Position numbers and translations under genes: made by a program. Shown one piece after another: positions 23,224 to 32,414 of a stretch of DNA of 35,065 nt. Below the pieces are notes generated by a model. The model searched no databases. It was not told the origin of the DNA and saw only the letters and a list, made by a program, of their open reading frames with translations. How positions within the stretch are numbered: position 1 is the stretch's first letter; every line of letters starts with the position of its first letter. This DNA comes from an uncultured Muribaculaceae bacterium (GTDB lineage Bacteria; Bacillota_I; Bacilli_A; RF39; UBA660), in the NCBI GenBank assembly GCA_964553435.1, contig CAZKKM010000003.1, forward strand, positions 1 to 35,065, read 5' to 3'.

Positions 23224-25326
23224 ATGTTTAGTGTAAAAGACTATGCTGAAGAAATGGGAATAACTGTCCAAGAAGTGCTGAAAAAATGTGCATTCTTGGG
23301 ATTGAATGCCAAAGAAGCTACAGACATCTTAGAAGAAGACGATGTCATCATGCTCGACAACGCAATCGACATTTTAGATGCCGTCGAAGACGAAGAAGTG
23401 AACTACAATTCGGATGAAGAAGAAGAAAATCTTGTCATCGAAACTGAGAAAAAAGATACGCGAAGAGGAACACATGAAAAATCGCGCAAAGGTTTCTCAG
23501 CTGACGCAAAAAACAACTATGCAAAAAAGCGCAAGGAGATGTACAAACACAAAAGTAAACTGCAATCTCTCGTAAACTCCGATGAAAATATCGTATTATA
23601 TAAAGACAATATGACGATCGGTGATTTGGCGAGTGTTTTGGGAGTAGGTGCCAACGACATCATCGTCAAGCTGATGTCCATGGGACTGATGCTCTCTATA
23701 AACCAATCCATCGACTTCGAAAATGCCGAAATAGTCGCCTTAGAATATGGCAAAACACTCAAAAAAGAAAGTACACAAGATGTTTCCAATTTCGAAGAAC
23801 TCGAAATAGTAGACAACGAATCTGACTTGCTAGCTCGTCCTCCAGTCGTCACCATCATGGGTCACGTCGATCACGGCAAGACGACTTTGCTCGATTACAT
23901 TCGAAATTCACATGTCGTCGATGCCGAGTTCGGTGGAATAACTCAACACATAGGAGCATATCAGATCACGTACGACGACAAGAAAATCACGTTCATAGAT
24001 ACACCTGGTCATGCTGCTTTTACTGAGATGCGTGCCCGCGGAGCATCGATTACCGACATCGTCATCATAATCGTCGCTGCCGACGACGGAGTCATGCCTC
24101 AAACAGAAGAGGCGATCGATCATGCCTTGAGTGCAAACGTTCCGATAATCGTTGCTGTCAATAAGATAGACAAACCTGATGCCAATGTCGAGCGAATCTA
24201 TACCGAGATGGCCGCGCACAATATCACTCCCGAATCTTGGGGTGGAAACATTCCGTTCGTCAATATAAGTGCGAAAACCGGAGAAAACGTCGAAGAAATC
24301 TTGAAGACGATTTTGGCTATTTCTGAGATAAACGAATACAAGGCCAATCCTAATCGCTATGCGAGCGGTACGGTCATAGAATCGCGCATCGACAAAGCGA
24401 GCGGTGGAGTATCGAGCCTCTTGATACAAAACGGAACACTTCGCCTTGGAGATCCGGTCGTCGTCGGAACAGCTTTTGGCAAAGTTCGTACCATCAAAAA
24501 CGATCTCGGTCAATCTATAGTCGAAGCTGGACCATCGACTCCTGTCGAAATTACCGGACTGAACGGTAATCCTAGTGCAGGTGACAAGTTCATGGCCTTC
24601 GAATCCGAGCGACAAGCCAAAGAAGTCGCAGCCAAACGAATGACTAACCAAAAAGCCTCAAAATACAAGACAGATGTCGTATCATTCGATGACCTTTTCA
24701 GTCAAATCCAATCCGGAATCAAAGAAGTAAATGTCATTCTCAAAGCAGATGTTCGCGGAAGTGAAGAAGCCGTCAAAAACGCACTCGTCAAGATAGATGT
24801 CGAAGGCATCAAAGTCAAAGTCATAAGAAGCGGCATAGGTGCCATTACCGAATCGGATATCGTTCTTGCAAATGCTTCCAATGCCGTCGTCATAGGTTTC
24901 AATGTCGTCGCTTCCAATTCGACGAAAGAAGCCGCCAAAGAATACAACGTCGAAATAAGACAATATACCATCATATATAAACTCGTCGAAGAAATGGAAG
25001 CCGCTATGAAAGGCATGCTCGATCCTGAATACGAAGAAAAGGTTACAGGTACAGCTGAAGTTAGACAACTATTTAAATTTTCGAAAGTCGGCACCATTGC
25101 CGGTGTAAAAGTTCTCAAGGACACGATGAAAAACGGTTCAAAAGTTCGTCTCATTCGCGACGGTGCTATCATCTATGACGGAACTATTTCGAGCATTCAA
25201 AGAGAAAAAGATCCTGTCAAAGAAGTTAAAGAAGGATACGAATGTGGAATAACTATCGAAAACTTCAATGATATTAAGGTCGGTGACATAATGGAAACTT
25301 ATGCTCTCATCGAGGTTCACAGATGA
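23224..25326 (+). CDS. infB: translation initiation factor IF-2
   Basis: The G-domain motifs are present: GHVDHGKTTLLD, DTPGHAAF, NKIDK and SAKTG. Domain order and length (700 aa) are typical. Confidence 0.97.
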   Translation: MFSVKDYAEEMGITVQEVLKKCAFLGLNAKEATDILEEDDVIMLDNAIDILDAVEDEEVNYNSDEEEENLVIETEKKDTRRGTHEKSRKGFSADAKNNYAKKRKEMYKHKSKLQSLVNSDENIVLYKDNMTIGDLASVLGVGANDIIVKLMSMGLMLSINQSIDFENAEIVALEYGKTLKKESTQDVSNFEELEIVDNESDLLARPPVVTIMGHVDHGKTTLLDYIRNSHVVDAEFGGITQHIGAYQITYDDKKITFIDTPGHAAFTEMRARGASITDIVIIIVAADDGVMPQTEEAIDHALSANVPIIVAVNKIDKPDANVERIYTEMAAHNITPESWGGNIPFVNISAKTGENVEEILKTILAISEINEYKANPNRYASGTVIESRIDKASGGVSSLLIQNGTLRLGDPVVVGTAFGKVRTIKNDLGQSIVEAGPSTPVEITGLNGNPSAGDKFMAFESERQAKEVAAKRMTNQKASKYKTDVVSFDDLFSQIQSGIKEVNVILKADVRGSEEAVKNALVKIDVEGIKVKVIRSGIGAITESDIVLANASNAVVIGFNVVASNSTKEAAKEYNVEIRQYTIIYKLVEEMEAAMKGMLDPEYEEKVTGTAEVRQLFKFSKVGTIAGVKVLKDTMKNGSKVRLIRDGAIIYDGTISSIQREKDPVKEVKEGYECGITIENFNDIKVGDIMETYALIEVHR

Positions 25327-25661
25327 GTTTGAAAACTAAGCGCATCGCTTCCGATATGATGCGAACCATAAGCATCATTTTGAATGAAGAAGCCGATAAT
25401 GAAATACTCAAGAAAGTGAGCATCACCGACTTGACTGTCGATTCCGATCTCACCTTCGCTAAAGTCTACTTCATGACGAGACTAGACGACAAAGAAATGG
25501 TCGAACGCGAACTCAATGAAGCGGCCGGATTCTTGAGAAAAGAACTTGCTCGTTCTTTGAATCTCCGAAGCACACCTGAACTGAGATTCGTTTACGACAA
25601 ATCATTAGACTACAAAGAAAGAATAGAAAGCATACTCGAAAAGATAGACAAAGGAGAATGA
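25323..25661 (+). CDS. rbfA: ribosome-binding factor A
   Basis: 112 aa with an ATGA overlap with infB. 'ITDLTVDSDLTFAKVYF' and 'LRSTPELRFVYD' are RbfA signatures. Confidence 0.9.
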   Translation: MSLKTKRIASDMMRTISIILNEEADNEILKKVSITDLTVDSDLTFAKVYFMTRLDDKEMVERELNEAAGFLRKELARSLNLRSTPELRFVYDKSLDYKERIESILEKIDKGE

Positions 25662-25662
25662 A

Positions 25663-26190
25663 ATGGCAGTAATAAAGAGTATCGCCGATTTGAGCGAAGA
25701 AGAAGCGAAGGGGTTTGAAGAATTTTGTGTTTCCTATTTCCGCAAAGAATATATAAAAAGCAACGTCGCATATCCTCATCTATCGATGATCGATACTTAT
25801 CTCGGTGCCAAAAAACGCACACTCTTGATGATGAAAGATATCGTAACCGGTGTGACGACAGGATTTGTAGCATACGATTTTGACTTCACTACCAAAAAAG
25901 ACGGAATAGATCTAATACCAGTCGGTCTCATCGTTGGATACGACACACCTGCTGGAATGAACAACCTCATGCATTTCTTCGTAAAAGACGAACTGAATAG
26001 TTATCCACGTTTGACTGTCATGAAAGACTTGCTCTCGTCGTATGTCGAAGTTGCCAAGACCAACGGTTCTCGTCAAATACAGGCAGCAAGTGACATTTAC
26101 GATCCTCGCTTGACTCGAGACTTAAAAGATTTCGACTTTGCTAAAGTAGGAAATAATGGCACAGAAGAGATATACAAAAGAGCTATTTAA
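25663..26190 (+). CDS. hypothetical protein (possible divergent GNAT-like fold)
   Basis: 175-aa ORF starting 2 nt after the rbfA stop, with AAAGGAG upstream. It has no clear catalytic motif. The layout loosely resembles an acetyltransferase. Confidence 0.5.
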   Translation: MAVIKSIADLSEEEAKGFEEFCVSYFRKEYIKSNVAYPHLSMIDTYLGAKKRTLLMMKDIVTGVTTGFVAYDFDFTTKKDGIDLIPVGLIVGYDTPAGMNNLMHFFVKDELNSYPRLTVMKDLLSSYVEVAKTNGSRQIQAASDIYDPRLTRDLKDFDFAKVGNNGTEEIYKRAI

Positions 26191-26237
26191 AATAGAAGAC
26201 AGCGAAGAAAGATACATCGAAAGGAGAATTCTATAAA

Positions 26238-26822
26238 ATGATTAAAATCAAAAAAGCAACCGAATTGACAAATAGACAATGGTATTTATTTTTCAAATTT
26301 GTCGCAAATTATTATAAAAAAAATGTCATAGAAAGTAATAAAAATGCCGTTGTCAATAAAATGAAGATGAGACTATTGTATCAGGGATATGCCGAACATG
26401 TTCTTGCGAGAATTAAAAATGGGAATCTCGAAGCTTTCGTTCAATTATCCTACGATCCTGTGGAAAACGGCGACGTTCCCACCGGATTTATCACAGCCTA
26501 TATAGAAGAAGAAAACGAGCTCTTGCGAATCACCAATCTGTTCATTACAGATACTCATCCCTTTAAAGCACTTGGCATCAAAGCTTTATTCGAACCTATG
26601 GCCGCATATGCAAAAGAACATGGCATCACGAGAGTATTCACGACGAGCGATTTATTGATGCCCGAATTGAACGACTCTTTGGAAATTTTGGGATTCGATC
26701 AAGGAACTTTACATGGTACAGAAATACCTTACGGACTAGGATTCGAACCTGAAGAACTTGCAGGCATCGAGGTAGTAGATGGCAAAAGAATCACCTTTAA
26801 GCGGAATTTTAGTAGTCGATAA
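26238..26822 (+). CDS. hypothetical protein (possible GNAT-like acyltransferase fold)
   Basis: 194-aa ORF with a GGAG RBS. 'LRITNLFITDTHPFKALGIKALFEPMAAYAKEHGITRVF...LGFD' resembles the GNAT motif A/B region but lacks a clean Q/RxxGxG/A motif. It overlaps truB by 44 nt. Confidence 0.5.
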   Translation: MIKIKKATELTNRQWYLFFKFVANYYKKNVIESNKNAVVNKMKMRLLYQGYAEHVLARIKNGNLEAFVQLSYDPVENGDVPTGFITAYIEEENELLRITNLFITDTHPFKALGIKALFEPMAAYAKEHGITRVFTTSDLLMPELNDSLEILGFDQGTLHGTEIPYGLGFEPEELAGIEVVDGKRITFKRNFSSR

Positions 26823-27642
26823 GCCATCCGGAATGACCTCGCGAGCTGTCGTCGATCGCGTCTCTCGTGTTCTCGGAACTAAAAAAATAGGTCACACTGG
26901 CACCTTGGACCCTATGGCAACCGGTGTTCTCGTTTTGACCATCGGCAAATGTACGCGTCTTTCCGAATTTTTGACTGCCAAATCGAAAGAGTACATGGCC
27001 TCTTTTGTACTCGGTAAACAGACGGATACTTTGGACATCACTGGTACAGTTATTGCATCAAGTGACAAGTATGTGTCGATTGACAAAATAAAAGCACGCA
27101 TCGCTTCTTTTAAAGGGACTTATTTACAGGAAGTCCCAGCTTATTCGGCTATCAAGGTAGAGGGACGTCGACTTTACGATTATGCTAGAAACGGCGAAAA
27201 AGTCGAACTTCCCAAAAGAGAAGTGACGATAAGTTCGTTGGAAATTCTTTCGATTGAAGATGGTGAAATCACCATTCGTACTCGCGTTTCCAAAGGTACT
27301 TATATTCGAAGTCTAATAAGAGATATCGGTCGAGCACTTGGAACATATGCTACGATGACTTCCCTTCGAAGAACAGAACAGGGAAGTATTGGACTAGATA
27401 AGGCAAAAACTCTCGAAGAGATCGAAGCTGGAAATTATTCGATCATCACTCCACGAGAATTACTCGCCGACATCGAAAACATCGACCTCGACGATGAAAC
27501 ATATAAAAAGGTTTCGAACGGTGTCAAAATGACACTCGTATCGCAAAACGAATACATCACCTTTACATACCATGACGAACTTGTCGCTCTTTATAGGAAA
27601 GATAAAGAAGAAATATACAAAATGTATGTCGCATTCTTTTGA
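26779..27642 (+). CDS. truB: tRNA pseudouridine(55) synthase TruB
   Basis: 'GILVVDKPSGMTS', 'GHTGTLDPMATGVL' (catalytic Asp motif) and 'GTYIRSL' are present. GAGGT RBS. Confidence 0.93.
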   Translation: MAKESPLSGILVVDKPSGMTSRAVVDRVSRVLGTKKIGHTGTLDPMATGVLVLTIGKCTRLSEFLTAKSKEYMASFVLGKQTDTLDITGTVIASSDKYVSIDKIKARIASFKGTYLQEVPAYSAIKVEGRRLYDYARNGEKVELPKREVTISSLEILSIEDGEITIRTRVSKGTYIRSLIRDIGRALGTYATMTSLRRTEQGSIGLDKAKTLEEIEAGNYSIITPRELLADIENIDLDDETYKKVSNGVKMTLVSQNEYITFTYHDELVALYRKDKEEIYKMYVAFF

Positions 27643-27668
27643 TGATGTTTTGCACATCATCTTTTTTT
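27641..27668 (+). terminator. rho-independent terminator after truB
   Basis: The stem pairs gatgatgt (27641-27648) with acatcatc (27654-27661), the loop is 5 nt, and a T7 run follows (27662-27668). Confidence 0.75.
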
Positions 27669-27979
27669 ATCTTCAAGAAAGGTACACAAAAAGTGAGTAC
27701 AAGGGTCTTTTACAAACATTCGTGAGGCCAAAGGTTTGTTTCACACGATTATACCCATAACTTGCAGCACGAATATTCCTTTTTACAAAAATCTGATAGT
27801 TGTCAAATTAGGAAAACACTATTCCATTTAGACGAGAAGTCTGGGTACGGGGTCAAAAGTGCGAAAACTCTTACTGTGAGGTAAGAGAGAGATGACAAAT
27901 TTTACTTATAAAATTTGTACTTATGTTCTTATCGATTTCTTCTCACTAGTACGAAAGGCTTTTAATTATCTTGGACTCA

Positions 27980-27988
27980 TGATATAAT
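27980..27988 (+). promoter_or_regulatory. extended -10 element upstream of the vWA operon
   Basis: TGaTATAAT at 27980-27988, 32 nt before ATG 28020. There is no convincing -35 box. Confidence 0.35.
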
Positions 27989-28019
27989 TGTTTTAGAAAA
28001 GAAGAATGGTGAGTTATAA

Positions 28020-29624
28020 ATGCAAGATAAAACCAAAGTTATTACGACTCTTGTAGTTTCTGGAGTCCTGGCATTACTCATGATTGTATTGCCGCCACTT
28101 TCAGAAAAATATGATGAATTTAAGGAGAAGAGAAGATTCAATATCATTTCATCTACTTCGAATAAGTTTTTCGACGAAGAACTGAAGGCTTTTGCACATG
28201 ACAATAAAATAGAAGTGTCCATCGACTACTACGGGGACATTGAGATCGTCGACATTCTCAATTCGATGAGCAAAAATTCAGAAGAGAAACAATACGATGC
28301 CGTCTGGATTTCCAATTCCATCTGGCTTTATATGCTCGACAATTCCTACCTCGTGACCGACAGCAAATCGATTGCAATAAATCCTGTCGTCATGGCAGTG
28401 ACAAAAAGTAAAGCCCACGAACTCGGATTCAGCGATAGCGAAGTGACTAATCAAAACATCTTGCAAGTAATCAAAGACAAAAAACTCGATTACGTCATGC
28501 CGAGTGTCACCAAGACGAACACTGGTGCTTCGGCCTATCTGGGATTTTTGAACAGTCTTGCCGGTAGTCCGGAGGTTCTCACGATAGATATGCTTTCTAA
28601 TCCGACACTCGTTTCCGACATGAAATCTTTCTTCAGTGGAGTAAAACGTGTGAGCGGAGATGAACTTTATTTGGAAGATATGTTCTTAAATGGTTCGTAC
28701 GATGCGATCATCAATTACGAATCATCTCTCATCGAAATGAACAAAAAGTTGATTGCTCAAAACAAGGAGCCATTGTATCTTGTCTATCCCAAAGATGGAG
28801 TCTCGATCAACGATATGCCTTTCGGATATGTGAGTCGCAACCAAGATAAAAAGGAGACATTCGAAAAATTTCTCTCTTTTCTGCGAAGCGAAGAGACGAG
28901 TGCCGCCCTCGAAAAATATGGATTGCGCACTTGGTACGGTGGAACAAATTCATCCTCGGATACGTCATCTTTTAAAAGAGAGTGGGGAATCGATACGAAC
29001 GATTATCTCATTCCTCTAAAATATCCCGGAAAAAAAGTCATAACCGAAGCTCTCGACATATACGTCGAACAGCTGCGCAAACCGAGTCATACAGTCTTCT
29101 GTTTGGATATCTCTGGAAGCATGATTGGATACGGTATGAGTGAACTCCAAGATGCTATGAGATACATTCTCGACCGCACCCAGGCAGGCAAAGATCGTCT
29201 CCAGTTCTCGGCTAATGATCGAATATCGATAATCACTTTTAATGGTCAAATACAAACGACTTCCGCCATCTTCACAGGTGACAATACACGGCCACTCATC
29301 GATTTCATCGACAACCTTCGTGCAGGAGGGAACACGAACATTTACGATCCCGCACAAAAAGCTCTCAAGATACTGGCCGAAACACCAGACGAATACACGA
29401 AAACGGTCATTCTGATGACCGACGGAGAATCGAATGAAGGGTCGTACTACAATCTTTCTCGTTATTACGACAACAACTCCATCGATATCCCGATTTACAG
29501 CATCATGTTCGGCTCTTCGAGTATGCGACAACTGAGTGATATTGCTGAACTATCGAATGCGAAAGTTTTCGATGGCAAAGAGGGCCTCAAGGAGGCATTC
29601 AAAGAAGTGAGGAGTTATAACTGA
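28020..29624 (+). CDS. membrane-anchored fusion of a substrate-binding-protein-like domain and a von Willebrand factor A (vWA) domain
   Basis: The N-terminal TM is VITTLVVSGVLALLMIVL. The ~300-aa domain that follows is paralogous to 30210-31346. The C-terminal vWA domain has a complete MIDAS motif (DISGS ... GGNT ... TDGES). Confidence 0.8.
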   Translation: MQDKTKVITTLVVSGVLALLMIVLPPLSEKYDEFKEKRRFNIISSTSNKFFDEELKAFAHDNKIEVSIDYYGDIEIVDILNSMSKNSEEKQYDAVWISNSIWLYMLDNSYLVTDSKSIAINPVVMAVTKSKAHELGFSDSEVTNQNILQVIKDKKLDYVMPSVTKTNTGASAYLGFLNSLAGSPEVLTIDMLSNPTLVSDMKSFFSGVKRVSGDELYLEDMFLNGSYDAIINYESSLIEMNKKLIAQNKEPLYLVYPKDGVSINDMPFGYVSRNQDKKETFEKFLSFLRSEETSAALEKYGLRTWYGGTNSSSDTSSFKREWGIDTNDYLIPLKYPGKKVITEALDIYVEQLRKPSHTVFCLDISGSMIGYGMSELQDAMRYILDRTQAGKDRLQFSANDRISIITFNGQIQTTSAIFTGDNTRPLIDFIDNLRAGGNTNIYDPAQKALKILAETPDEYTKTVILMTDGESNEGSYYNLSRYYDNNSIDIPIYSIMFGSSSMRQLSDIAELSNAKVFDGKEGLKEAFKEVRSYN

Positions 29625-30232
29625 TGGGACAAATACAAAAAAGATACTTATATTCTGCTCTTTTGAGTGCTGCCTTTTTCATAATCGTATATGGCTTTGC
29701 TGACTTTAATATCGTCTTGTCCGTTCTGTTGACGATCGTCATCTATTTGGGAGGTATCTTCCTCTTCAAAGAGAAAGACTTGAGAACACTGACTCCGAAA
29801 TACGTCGACGATTATTATTTTATGGCATCCAAATGTGCAGCACGTGCGAGCCAAACGGCAGATGAAGAGATAAAAGCATATGTCGACAAAATAACGACCT
29901 ACACGGACGAAATACTCTTGAGCCTCACGCAAAGGCCGAAGAAAGTGGAACAGGTTTTTGATTTCTTCGATTACTATCTAGATATCACCAATAAGATACT
30001 GATGAGATATAATCTGTTGAAAAATCACGAAAATCACGATGAAAAAGAGCACGTCTTTCTGGATAATACAAAAAATTATCTCGAAAAGATAACCGACATG
30101 TTCTCTCGTCAACTGTCAAACATGAAAGAAGCGCGCATGCTAGATATCGAATCCGAAATACGCATGTTCGAACATACGATAGGTCTCAAGAAGACCGATA
30201 TAGAAGTGGGTGAAAATGATGAACTTAAATAA
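29624..30232 (+). CDS. two-TM membrane protein, tentatively XpaC-like (5-bromo-4-chloroindolyl phosphate hydrolysis protein family)
   Basis: It has a 1-nt overlap (TGATG) with the upstream gene. Two N-terminal TM helices are followed by a helical cytoplasmic region ('FDFFDYYLDITNKILMRYNLL'), which matches my recollection of the XpaC layout. The family call is unverified. Confidence 0.5.
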   Translation: MGQIQKRYLYSALLSAAFFIIVYGFADFNIVLSVLLTIVIYLGGIFLFKEKDLRTLTPKYVDDYYFMASKCAARASQTADEEIKAYVDKITTYTDEILLSLTQRPKKVEQVFDFFDYYLDITNKILMRYNLLKNHENHDEKEHVFLDNTKNYLEKITDMFSRQLSNMKEARMLDIESEIRMFEHTIGLKKTDIEVGENDELK

Positions 30233-31346
30233 ACCGCAAGAAGGAAAAATTGAAAAAATCGTAGGAATAGCGATTGTTCTCATCGTCATAATCGCCGTCG
30301 TTATCATCAAAAACAGCTTTAACGGAGGAAATGCTGCAGTCGAAACTGTTCGTGTCGCGACCGGTGGAGGAAAAGAAGCTTTCATGGCCGACGAAGAAGT
30401 GAATAAGATAATGAAGAAAAAGTACGGTATCGAAATATCCGGCGATTCGTGGAGTAATGGCAAACTAGTCTCCGTTCCCGTCGTCGACAAAGAAAACAAA
30501 AAATACGATGCCATCTTCTTCTCAGATGAGCGCTTCTACGATTACTACAAACTCGAAGCCGTAGGAACAGAAGCGAAACGCGATCGCGTCGTCGATGGCA
30601 GTCTCACTTTGAACACTCCGATAGTCATCTACAGTTGGGACCTCATTGTCGAAGCTCTCATAAGGGAAAATATAGTTACCGAGCGACAAGGTATCTACTA
30701 CATAACCGACATGAATAAACTTCTAAATTACATACTAGAAGGCAAAACATGGAAAGACATCGGACTCGACAATATTTATGGAAAAATAAACATCGATTCG
30801 ACTGATCCGGTCACATCGAGTCCGGGAGCTACATACTACGGATTGTTACTTTCGATCATGACCGGTGGGGAAATGGATACGGCCAGTGTGAATGCCGCCC
30901 TGCCTAAACTCAAAGAGTTCTACCTCAAGAGCGGTTACATGAACAACACTCCCGCCGACCTCTTCGAAATGTATCTGAAAACCGGAATGGGCGCCAAACC
31001 GATGATCGTCGACTATGAGAAGAGCATCATCGAATTCGCCGAGTCAAATCCAAACGGTTGGAACCAAGTCAAAGATAAAATCAGAATTCTTTATCCGACA
31101 CCTACCATTTGGAATTCACACTGTATTGCCACCTTCAACGACAATGGAAATCGTTTTCTCAAAGCTTTTGAAGATGCCGAGATTCAACAAATTGCTTGGT
31201 CAAAATACGGTTTCCGTGTCGGAGTAAGTGGAGGGAACTACGACGTAAGTGACGTCGATATTAAAGGTATTCCACAATCGATAGACAGTGTAACAGGCGG
31301 ATTAAAAATGAACGTATATAATCGCATAATCGATTATTTAAAATAG
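30210..31346 (+). CDS. membrane-anchored substrate-binding-protein-like protein (paralog of the N-domain of 28020-29624)
   Basis: The TM is IVGIAIVLIVIIAVVII. Shared blocks with the vWA fusion are KYDAIFFSD/QYDAVWISN, TSSPGATYYGLLLS/TNTGASAYLGFLNS, VDYEKSIIEF/INYESSLIEM and AWSKYGFR/ALEKYGLR. The start is ambiguous among 30210, 30216 and 30219. Confidence 0.7.
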   Translation: MKMMNLNKPQEGKIEKIVGIAIVLIVIIAVVIIKNSFNGGNAAVETVRVATGGGKEAFMADEEVNKIMKKKYGIEISGDSWSNGKLVSVPVVDKENKKYDAIFFSDERFYDYYKLEAVGTEAKRDRVVDGSLTLNTPIVIYSWDLIVEALIRENIVTERQGIYYITDMNKLLNYILEGKTWKDIGLDNIYGKINIDSTDPVTSSPGATYYGLLLSIMTGGEMDTASVNAALPKLKEFYLKSGYMNNTPADLFEMYLKTGMGAKPMIVDYEKSIIEFAESNPNGWNQVKDKIRILYPTPTIWNSHCIATFNDNGNRFLKAFEDAEIQQIAWSKYGFRVGVSGGNYDVSDVDIKGIPQSIDSVTGGLKMNVYNRIIDYLK

Positions 31347-31361
31347 AAAGTAGGGAAAATT

Positions 31362-32303
31362 ATGGGATTTATTAAATCGATAACACAATCAGTAAAAGGA
31401 CAATATGGCGACCAATTCAGAGAGGTCATTAGAAGTGACATACATGAACAGAACATTCTCATTAAAAAAGTCACAACACCAAGTGGAGTAATAACCGACC
31501 AATCGAGGCTTTTCGTCGAACCTGGAGAATGTGCCATATTCGTCGATAATGGAGCGATCAAAGATGTCATCACCGAATCGGGGATGTACTTCATGGACAC
31601 GTCGGCGCCTGGACTATTTCAGACTAACATATTTAAAGGAATAGGAAGCACATTCTTGGAAACGATGAAGAGAATCGCCTACGAAGGTCAAACAATAACC
31701 GAACAAGCCGTTTTCTTCGTTTCGATGACAGAAAAAATAGGACTGAGATTTGCTATCGAAAAGCCGATACTCTATAAAGATCCGGAATGGGGACCTATCG
31801 AGATTTCGGCCGGTGGAGAATTCGCCTTTAAAATTGACAATCCGATAAATTTACTTTCGAATGTGACCGGAAGTGCTCGCGATTTCTATGTGGAAGATTT
31901 GACACCGACCATCGCTCCATATGTGACATCTGGCATCATGACCGAAATCTCTCAAAGTGGTCTGAGTTTCGATGCCATCTCCTCTAAACAAGACGAACTC
32001 GGTACTCATGTCATCGAAGATACCAAAGAAAAACTGGAAACTTTGGGAATCGAAATAACCAAATTGGTGGTGAGCTATATCGATGTACCTGATGCGATCA
32101 AAGACTCCATGCGCGAACGAACAGGAATCAAGATGAAGGCCACGAGTGTCGACGACAAAGAAGCCGACATTTACACCAAGCTCAACAAAGCCGAAGCCAT
32201 CAAAGATCTTGCCAATAATCCGACGAATGCCGGTTCTACGATTATGGGTATGAACATCGGCAATACGTTCGCAGGCATGTTAAAAGACGACGAAAACAAA
32301 TGA
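31362..32303 (+). CDS. SPFH-domain protein of the YdjI / 'virion core protein-like' (Band_7_1) family
   Basis: 'MGFIKSI...' at the N-terminus and 'LFVEPGECAIFVDNGAIKDVITESGMYFMDT' match the conserved N-terminal region of YdjI-type SPFH proteins. 313 aa. Confidence 0.7.
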   Translation: MGFIKSITQSVKGQYGDQFREVIRSDIHEQNILIKKVTTPSGVITDQSRLFVEPGECAIFVDNGAIKDVITESGMYFMDTSAPGLFQTNIFKGIGSTFLETMKRIAYEGQTITEQAVFFVSMTEKIGLRFAIEKPILYKDPEWGPIEISAGGEFAFKIDNPINLLSNVTGSARDFYVEDLTPTIAPYVTSGIMTEISQSGLSFDAISSKQDELGTHVIEDTKEKLETLGIEITKLVVSYIDVPDAIKDSMRERTGIKMKATSVDDKEADIYTKLNKAEAIKDLANNPTNAGSTIMGMNIGNTFAGMLKDDENK

Positions 32304-32328
32304 AACGACAAACTAAAAAAAATGCTCG

Positions 32329-32372
32329 AAAAATCCATAAAACTCACCTTTGTGAGATCTATGGATTTTTCT
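32329..32372 (+). terminator. strong rho-independent terminator
   Basis: The outer stem pairs aaatccata (32331-32339) with tatggattt (32360-32368). The inner stem pairs ctcac with gtgag. A T-run follows. Confidence 0.75.
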
Positions 32373-32414
32373 TTACCACTTTGATAAAATGAAATATATG
32401 AGGAGGAACACTAT

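Noticed and set aside
27892-27987. 31-aa hydrophobic small ORF (MTNFTYKICTYVLIDFFSLVRKAFNYLGLMI) in the truB-vWA gap
   Set aside because: It has no properly spaced RBS, and its 3' end overlaps the predicted -10 element of the downstream operon. The evidence for a real gene is insufficient.
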